From Paramecium tetraurelia (Eukaryota), in NCBI GenBank assembly GCA_000165425.1, contig CT868541.1, forward strand, positions 288,096 through 352,095: 64,000 nucleotides of DNA, given 5' to 3'. Shown here piece after piece: positions 55,417 through 64,000 of this stretch. Position numbers and translations under genes: made by a program. Under the pieces are notes generated by a model, which saw nothing but the letters and a program-made list of their open reading frames with translations, was not told the origin of the DNA and did not search any database. Position 1 is the stretch's first letter. Every line of letters starts with the position of its first letter.

Positions 55417-55582
55417 GTACATCAAATTAATATTCTAATGAGTTTCATTATCAATGTGATTTTTAATTGCAATATCCAAATCTTTTATTAGATTGATCTA
55501 TTCTTTTTTCTATTTGTTTAATTGCAATATAGTAAATGTTGATGTTTTTTGTTAAATTAACTTTATTAATTAACTGCTAAAA

Positions 55583-56662
55583 ATGGAAGTCAATTCCTTT
55601 ATATTTCCTGCTCCTAAATGTGAATACACTGAAAAGAATTTCAAAGAACTTATATGGGTTCCTGTTTACAAATCAAAATAAATAAAACAACTGGGTGTTT
55701 AATCTGCTAATCAATCCAAAAGACCTAGTACACAATAAGACTTTTACTTCGAAGAATCTAATTATGATTAGGATGTAGATGAAAATGTAATTGTACACAA
55801 ATCTCCTCCAAGATTATTAAACAAATATAAATCTAATAATGTGAAAACTCTCTTGTCAAATAAGAATTAAAATAGATTATATGAATCCTTAGCAAATGTT
55901 TGTTTGACATCCACTCCAAATGAAAAGATCTAACATCCTAGATGCAATAAACTACCAATAAGACACTTGAAATAAATGACTCAATAAGACGAGGAAGAAA
56001 TTGAAATTATTAAAAAAATCCCTTGTGCCTTTATTAATAACCAATCAAAATAAACACTTGTTTATTTTCATTCGAATGGAGAAGATTTATATTAAGCATA
56101 TGAACTTATGTGGCGAATAGGAAATTCATTGAAACTAAACATTTTGGGAGTCGAATATCCAGGGTATGGAATCTACAAAGGTGATCCAAATGAGTAAACG
56201 ATATTGGAAGATGCTGATCATATCATGAATTATTTGATAAATACCAAAAAAGTAGAGGAATCGAATATCATGATATGCGGAAGATCGATTGGAAGTGGGT
56301 GATTTTAATTAATTTATTTTAGGCCTGCTTGTTACATCGCTAGTAAATATAGGCCATTCATGCTGATTCTTATTTCCCCATTCTTATCCATCCAATAATT
56401 AGTAGAACATAAGTTGGGGAAACTTTTTAGTGTGCTAATAAAAGAAAGATTTCCAAATTACAAACACATCTCAGAAGTCTAATGTCCAATCTACATTTTA
56501 CATGGTCAATCTGATAACATGATACCTTTAAGTCATGCATTAAAATTATAGAGACTCTGCAAGTGTAAATGCAAGTTGACCACCCCTTATCACATGACCC
56601 ATGCAACTTTTAACTTGTAATAAGACTTAATAATTCCATTATTACGATTTATGATGAGTTGA
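55583..56662 (+). CDS. ABHD17/ABHD13-like alpha/beta hydrolase
   Basis: FIFPAP, YFHSNGED, VEYPGYG, GRSIGSG (Ser), HGQSD (Asp), MTH (His): catalytic triad intact. Confidence 0.88.
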
Positions 56663-57216
56663 ATAGAATTGAATTTAGAAATATTAAATCAACTTTTTTA
56701 TTTTATCAGATAATTTAATATGTTTAAGAGTCAATAGAAATTAGAATTTCTATTACTGCCTAAATATTTTCTCATAATTTTAAGATAAAAGTGTCAAAAT
56801 AATGAACTCTTCAAACTTTGTAATAAGTGAAAAAAATATTTATTTAAAAAATAAATCATTTATATATATAATATAAAGTTTTTATTTAGAAAAGAATTAA
56901 ATAAATATCAGCTTATTAACCCATGATTTCAGCTGAATAAACTGCCCAAATTAAAAATTATGCTAATCTGTTTTGATATATTAAAAATGAAGGAATTAAT
57001 CAGATTTAAACAGTATATAGTTTAGTTTGATCCATCGCTAGTCATTTATATATTCAAATTATAAGTTAAGAAGTTCATAAAATAAATAATTATCAACTAA
57101 ATCTAATAAAAGCAAAAGATAAAATAAAATAGGGAGGATCAGAGTTAAGAATATCCAAATCTCCAATAACTTTGATGAGAATTATATTCTTAATTAGTAT
57201 AAATAAAATAAAATTT

Positions 57217-57417
57217 ATGGTTTGCATTCCTTGTTTGCTCTTGCCTTTGGTAGGAATATTGGTTGTGCTATTCGATTTTATTAAACCTTTTCTAACAAAA
57301 ATTGGATTGGTTAAGGCTTCCCCCAAAACAGATGATAAAAATAATCCTTAGGAAAATAGAACAAAAGTTTAAGAGACGCCGACGCCAAATGAGTAAGAAA
57401 AAAGTAAATCATCATGA
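57217..57417 (+). CDS. C18orf32/UPF0729 (DUF4512)-like microprotein (66 aa)
   Basis: MVCIPCLLLPLVGILVVLFDFIKPFL...; MVCIPC followed by a hydrophobic helix is the family hallmark. Confidence 0.72.
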
Positions 57418-57868
57418 TTGTCTAAATATGTGTGTTGAAATATTTTAAATTTGCAAATCAAATATCAATTTGGTATATACCTAAACATTCCACATAAGGA
57501 ACAATATGCTATGTTTTTGTTTAAAAGCATGTCTGATTTAAAATTAAGAAATAGATTCCAAAATATGATCAATATTATGCTTCTATTAATTTTGGTTCTT
57601 ATCTATAAATAGACTAAGCTATGGTAGCGGCTTCTTATGAAATTTCTACTGCAAATTCGATAAGTGTCGTTATGGACTGATCAAGGTTCCACAAAATTTA
57701 AGTCTTAAGTGTTTGCTTAGGTCTCATCGAATGAGGCTTGAGTATTCCACCAAGGAGGGAAGAGGATTGTTGAAGCTGTTTTTTAATTGTTTTCGAAATT
57801 TTATTCAGAACACTATCCGTTTCTGTGTCTAAAAAAAATAAAGGACTAAAACGATTTCATTAATAATA

Positions 57869-60118
57869 ATGGTTTAAGTCAAGATCATAGTCTTGTTAGT
57901 CTGTGCATTGACACTGACCTAAGGTACGTCTATAATATATGTCAAGCTTTCGAAGCTGAGGGCACACTCTTGTCGATGTCATTAAATGAGATTAGCAACC
58001 TCAATTTAGGGGATGTTAATTGTTAGAACACATCTTAGCAATAGTTTGTGTAATTGGAATAAAATCTCGAGTCTTGGGCCGACATCATCGATCACAAGGA
58101 TGACATCTAAAAAGATATCAACACTTTGAAACAATTGGAAGTGATCTTACTATAAGTGAAGAAATAAACATAAAAGAAAAGTAAATTAGTTTATCTTATT
58201 TCTAGAGATCGCTCCCTAACAATTGAAATAAATTAATTAGGTCGTGACAAAGAAAATTAAGTCTTTGGTTCTTCCATAAACAGCAAGCAAAATTGGACAA
58301 GCTCATTGTGATGAAATCGAAAGACAATTAGAGAGATTAAGTAGCGATAATGAGTCAGAAAGAAGTGAGTGCTGTGATGCTCTTCTCAAATTAGCCACCT
58401 TCCTCATCAGACAATTATCCAGCATTAATTAATAATGCCATTAAAACCCAGTCACCATCATTAAAATCAAGGGATAAATCAAAGAATTACATATCATTCA
58501 AGGAGGATGCGGAGGAGGACAAACCATTGACATCCCAATGGGAGGATCAGATGAAAAATGTGATAAACCAGAAACCCCAACCAAACCTACAGATCCTACA
58601 GATCCTGAAAAGCCAACTGACGACCCAGTCCCAGATCCCGGAAAAGAAGAAGAAACCACAGCTGAAGAGACTGTAACTGAAGAAGGTGAAACAACTCCAC
58701 CAGGACCAGATGCTGAAGAAGAAGGAGAACCCACACCAGAGCCAGATGCTGAAGAAGAAGGTGAAACTACACCACCAGGACCTGATGCTGAAGAAGAAGG
58801 AGTACCCCCTGGACCTGATGCAGAAGAAGAAGGCGAACCAGTACCAGAACCTGACGCTGAAGAGGAAGGAGAGACTCCAGCAGGACCAGATGCCGAAGAA
58901 GAAGGTGAACAACCAGGACCAGAACCTGCTGCTGAAGAGGAAGGAGAAACTACTCCAGCAGAACCTGCAGCAGAAGAAGAAGGTGAAACAGCCACACCTG
59001 CAGCTGAAGAGGAAGGAGAAGCAGCATAACCACCCGCAGAAGAAGAGCTTCATGAACCAGCTGAAGAGGAAGAGGAATCATTTGGACCAGATGAAAAAAA
59101 TAATACAAAAGGACCAGGAGATATTCCAGATGATGCTGAAGAAGAAGGATTCTTACCAGAGGAAGAATTTAGTCCTGAAGATGGACCTGAACCTCAAGCA
59201 GAAGAAGAAGGCCCCGCTGAAGAAGTGACCCCTGCAGGTGAAGAGGAAGGAACTCCAGCTACTGAGGAAGATCAAGGTGAAAATGTTCCAGGAGAAGAAG
59301 GTTTCCCTGAGGGAGAAGAAGAAAGTGAATTCCCAGGAGATATCCCATCAAACAAGAATGGAACTTCTACTATTCCTGATATCCCTGAAGGTGGAGAAGA
59401 AGGTGCTGAGGAAGGTGCTGAAGAAGGCTCTGAGGAAGAAGGAGTTCCTAAAAAGCACGGGGGTTCTGAATCTAAACCACATAGAAAACCAGCAGGAGAA
59501 GAAGGCGAAGAAGCAGGAGAAGAAGAAACTGAACCAGAAGAAAAACACGGTCGTGGTAGTGAATCTAAACCACATAGAAAACCAGCTGGAGAAGAAGGTG
59601 AAGAAGCCGGAGAAGAAGAAGAAGGATGGGTACCAGGAGATATTCCAAAAGGTAAAAATGGAACATCAACCATTCCTGATATACCCGAGGGTGAAGAAGG
59701 AGCTGAAGAGGAAAGCGACGAAGTAGGAGAAGAGACTGAAGAAGGTGGAGAAGAAGGTGCTCCAGGAGAAGAAACTGAAGAATCTCTAGATTAACCAGAA
59801 GAATCAGAAGAAAAGTATTATCAAATAAAATATCCATAGATGTTAAGAGACTGTCGAAATAACAGCAACAAATGCAGCTGATATCATGTGCGCATTAGGC
59901 TAATATTTGAGTCAATTGGCTCACGGAGGATCCCCTGCTGATGGTCCTAAGTCTAAGAAGGTTTGCTTCTGCTTGAAATATGAACCAGGTAAAATTATTT
60001 TTTAACATTAGACAACGCTGATCCTTCATTGCTTCAATTAACTTAAAAAGTGAGCAAGAAATCTAGAATAGAACAAGACGGTATTTTAAGAGCATTAATT
60101 CCAAATATGAGAATCTGA
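57869..60118 (+). CDS. Secreted protein with a long Glu/Pro/Gly-rich repeat region
   Basis: Signal peptide MVQVKIIVLLVCALTLTQA, Cys-containing helical N-domain, PDAEEEG repeats, Cys-containing C-domain; three small introns. Confidence 0.85.
58660..59030 (+). repeat. Tandem coding repeat of (P/G)PDAEEEGE(T/P)xP units
   Basis: About nine 36-42 nt units with a ccagatgctgaagaagaagg core. Confidence 0.9.
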
Positions 60119-60259
60119 AATGAACAAGCTTTTTTTATTTATTGATCTAAATAAAAAAAGTAAACTTATCGATATATCCAATATTCTTTAATATCTCTCC
60201 TTCTTATTTTTGCAAGAACAAATATATCTTTCAAAATTTATGATAAGAAATTAGAAAAT

Positions 60260-63200
60260 TCAATATTCATCAATTGTGTCTTTGGTATCCAATTAGACCA
60301 TATATCTAAATTTAACCTTGGTTTCCTCATATACTATATATTCATTGTGTTGTAGACAATAATGAATAGGATTGCCCTCCTTGTCCTTCTTTTTAGGTTC
60401 TGGATATTCGATGCATTATCCAACAGGAACTTTGCACCCATTAGATAAAATAACAGATTATTTGTAATCAGGGCCTGTCTTTCCACATCCCTTGACAGAT
60501 TGGTATTGTTCTAAAAATATATTTTATAAATACTGGGTAAATTTTGAACAAAATCTGATTGATAAAGTTCTTAAGACTTTCCAACTGCTACTTCGCAAAG
60601 TAACATGTATCTATACCTTTGAATGTCGTCTTGCTCATCCTAAATTACTTATTATTATTTGTTCCAACGTCCTCCTTCCTAAAAGAGACCTCTATAAGGA
60701 TTATAATGTAATGACCAATCCTCTGTGTATGCAAAAGACTTTTGGAACATATCAGCGAAATAGATTCCCTTTCCAAACATTGCCCCTGTGTTGAGTGCCC
60801 AAGGTGGTGCAACTAAAAATAATTATTTACTTTACCTTTGAGTCCTTAGGCTAAAATACCCATAAAGTTGGAGATTTTAGAACCATGCCATAGTAATAAT
60901 CGATTGTATTATTTATTGCTTTCAAATCTTTCAGCTTCTCCTCTTCTCTCAATGGCAAATATATTGGATATTTTTGGAGTTGATGATTGATTAATGTATT
61001 ACTGAATTAATTTGTATTCTGGATGTTCTCGATGGAGAGTAATGACTCTAACATTAAGAGCATTGAAACAATAAGTAAGTGGATTCAAGGCTTACTTCAC
61101 CAAATGAGCTCCCAATAAAATCTTGGAAGTGATTTCAAAATTGAGCAAAGTTTCAATGAGCAATAACTTTTGATTAATAGCTTCAATTGAATCTAATGGA
61201 GGAAGAGGTTCTGTTCTTTATTCAATCATAGGAATTAATTCATAAAATCTACTAGATTTGTCAGCTATTTCAGATGATATATTAGATATCTTTTTGATGT
61301 CTAAATCCCCTTTCTACCTAAGTTCCTTTAGTTCTGTCACACTATCAGTTAATTCATTAAGAATGGCCTTGGCAACTTCTAATTATTTTCTATCCAATCT
61401 TTCAATAGGCAAAAAGTCCATATCTACATGGAATTATTATAAATCTTTCTGGTATAGTTTAACTTGAATAAACTACAGTATAAATCTCTTTATAGTGTTA
61501 TCTAATTTAGAGGGTGGATAAGGGGAATTCTTACTGAAATCGAAAGGACTTAGCAGTGTTTTATAATTCTTCATCTGTTTTACATTCATCAACTAATACT
61601 TGCCAGGTTTTTTCACAAACTCTTCTTCACCAGACTTAATCTTTCTCCAATCATTGCCTCCTGTTTTAGTGAAGAAGATCTTATTAAATTCCTTAATGGC
61701 TTCTTCAGAACTCTCAAAAGGAGTTTATTGGTGTTATCCTCCAGTGCCGATTCTGCCCCATCTCGTAAATAGGATAAAAACATTTCGATTGATTTCATGC
61801 AAGACTTACATTTTATAAAACACATTTTCTGAATATCTTCCATTGCCAATATCTACTTTGGTCATTAACAAGTAATATGGACCTATGTCCTTATCCACTA
61901 AGACTTCAAGCTTACCAGTACGCATAGCATATTGATCAACTTCATTTTTATAATCCTGCTTAGACTCCTCCAATTATTCTCCATTCAAGTCTAAAAACTT
62001 TTAAGCATCTGCCTCAACATCTATTTCCTCTTCCACCCATTAAGCTTAGGAGATTACACTAGTTGGTAATCTGGGCTATTGAGATTTTATATTTTTGATA
62101 GCTTTAAGATTTTTGAGTACTCTGGCCATAACACCAGAGTCCTAGTCAACAGCATAGTCTAAAGCAGTTTTCCCTTTGTCATCAACTAGATTGACATCAA
62201 ATATGCTTGCCAACAGTTCTAACATCTCTGTATTTTCATAGGAACCAAATTCTAATGGCTATACAACATGATGGATGGGTGATCTTTTATTTGAATCTTG
62301 AAAGTGCGCTTCCTTTTTAAATTTAGGATGATGGAGAATGAAGTTAACCAATTTCAAAGAGTTATTTTTAATTGCCAGGATTAAGGAGGTTTCTCCTTTT
62401 TCAGTCTTCTCATTTATGTCACATCCAGCATCAACAAATTTAGATAGAATGATTTCATCTTCTACATGATATTCCTATATTAAGTATAACAAAGGAGTCA
62501 GACAATAATTTTTCTTATTTATTTTAAATTTCACATTAAAATTAGCATTGTTGCTTGCCCATAACCCTAATTCTAGAGGATCTGCAAATACCCTATAATT
62601 ATTTTGTAGTCTTATTGAAAAGGGAGTATTTTACTCAGAGTTAAAAGCATTAGGATTACCTTTTCTATCTAAGAAATATTTAATCATTTTATTAAACGAA
62701 TATGTGCATGCATAATGCAAAGGAGTATTCATTTGATAATCGTTTGCAATCCTATCAACTCCTCTTCTAGATAATTCTTCTGCAATTAAAATTGCCATAT
62801 CTTCATTACAATTTCTCCCTTTGATTGCAAATATGTGGAATAAGTTTTAATTATTTTGATTATACTTTTTAATAACTTCATCATCTTTGACTTTCAAGAG
62901 CAAAGTTCTGACTAATTTAAATTAATCTTCCATCATTGCATCCTCTATGGCTCTTTAGAGATCATATCCATCGCTTATCAATAAGTATGCAACCCCTTAC
63001 CATCCTTGTTTAATGGCTAATTTGAAATAAGAATAAGTTCCAGGAAGAAACTTAGATGGTTAAGGCGATTAATTATTCTATCCAAATGCACTCCTGGTAG
63101 ATACCCTCCTAACAGCCTTTGCAACTTTGTTACCAAAAAATATTGAGTTCCCTTTTTGATTATATTCATCTTCATCATCTACTTGATTCGAATCCAATTC

Positions 63201-64000
63201 GTCTTCAGTTTGAATTTCCTCTCCTTTTTCTCTTCTCTGTTACCTCTAAGCTTTCTCTTCTTTTTTGATCTTCTCTATATCAATCACAATTGCATTGCGA
63301 TTCACGTTTGCCTTGTTATCGATAAGCATTGTACAGAAGTTAGAATGACCACTCATGAATGCCAGACCCAAGGGAGTGTTGCCATATTTATCAATGTCAT
63401 CCACGACAGCATTCATTTTAATCATATACCTACCAGATATAACACTACCTCTTAAGGCAGCATAATGGAGTGGAGATCGATTGTAAATATCTAAACAATT
63501 TACAGAGCAATTCTTATCTGCTAATATGGAAGAGACAGTCTCGAAAGGGTCGATTTCAGAGAAGTCATTCAATTTATTAATTTTTGTGAAAGCATAAAAA
63601 AGAGGAGTCCTGTTTAAATAATCTTTGAGACTGGTATTAGCACCATTCATAATTAATAGATGTTCCATTTCAAAACTAGCATCTGCTTAAGAATTCGAAG
63701 TGTTGATGGCATGATGCAACGCAGTCCGATTATGTTTATCTCTAAAATTTGGATCAGCCTTATATTGAGTCAAAAACAATTCAACAACTTTAATATTGTT
63801 TTCTTTAACCCACTTCTAAAGAGGGACTTCATTAAGTTTGTTTAGGTTATCAATGGAACCCCCCAATTTTAATAAGGTATCAATAAACCATTTCAAGTCT
63901 TCATAGAAACGAAATGCGATTATACTAGTAGGTGTATTCCAATTGAAATCCTTAACCTTGATATCGATATTCTTGATACAATATTTTAAGAATTTTCCAC
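60260..64000 (-). CDS. Ankyrin-repeat, WGR and PARP regulatory/catalytic protein; 5' end lies outside the window
   Basis: Ankyrin repeats (TPLHYA, SPLHYAA, TPLGLA), FTRWGRIG, LWHGS, GAMFGKGIYFAD, HNEYIVY: H-Y-E triad intact. Confidence 0.92.

Noticed and set aside
58498..59837. Overlapping antisense and alternate-frame ORFs (Ser/Gly-rich, Phe-rich, Lys-rich)
   Set aside because: Shadow ORFs of the GAA/CCA/GGA-rich repeat in the plus-strand gene.

Overview
AT-rich, gene-dense eukaryotic DNA from a ciliate macronuclear chromosome, almost certainly Paramecium. TAA/TAG read as Gln (translation table 6), only TGA stops, genes carry tiny ~21-30 nt GT-AG introns, and histone H3 has the Paramecium-type tail. 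The supplied standard-code ORF track is therefore mostly fragments or artefacts. Re-reading with table 6 gives about 40 genes, including phospholipase B-like, NDUFB7, SF-assemblin, CCDC40, UTP7/WDR46, an E2 enzyme, an HDAC-inositol polyphosphate kinase fusion, a CNG-type K+ channel, APE1, a ZNFX1-like helicase, a TBC RabGAP, histone H3, MOK, DRG2, AP-4 beta, RPL14, a Rab, a centrin, a lipocalin, PDHB, a RING E3, two alpha/beta hydrolases, a C18orf32-like microprotein, a secreted acidic repeat protein and an ankyrin-WGR-PARP running off the right end. I found no rRNA, tRNA, CRISPR or transposon, and no convincing multi-gene system. The best leads are a ZNFX1/Hrr1-like helicase with a long Q/N/Y prion-like repeat insertion and no RZ finger, the HDAC-IPK fusion, a head-to-head gene pair with only 8 bp between ATGs, and three apparent pseudoenzymes. 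Coordinates were read by eye and span start to stop codon including introns; family assignments come from recalled motifs, not searches.
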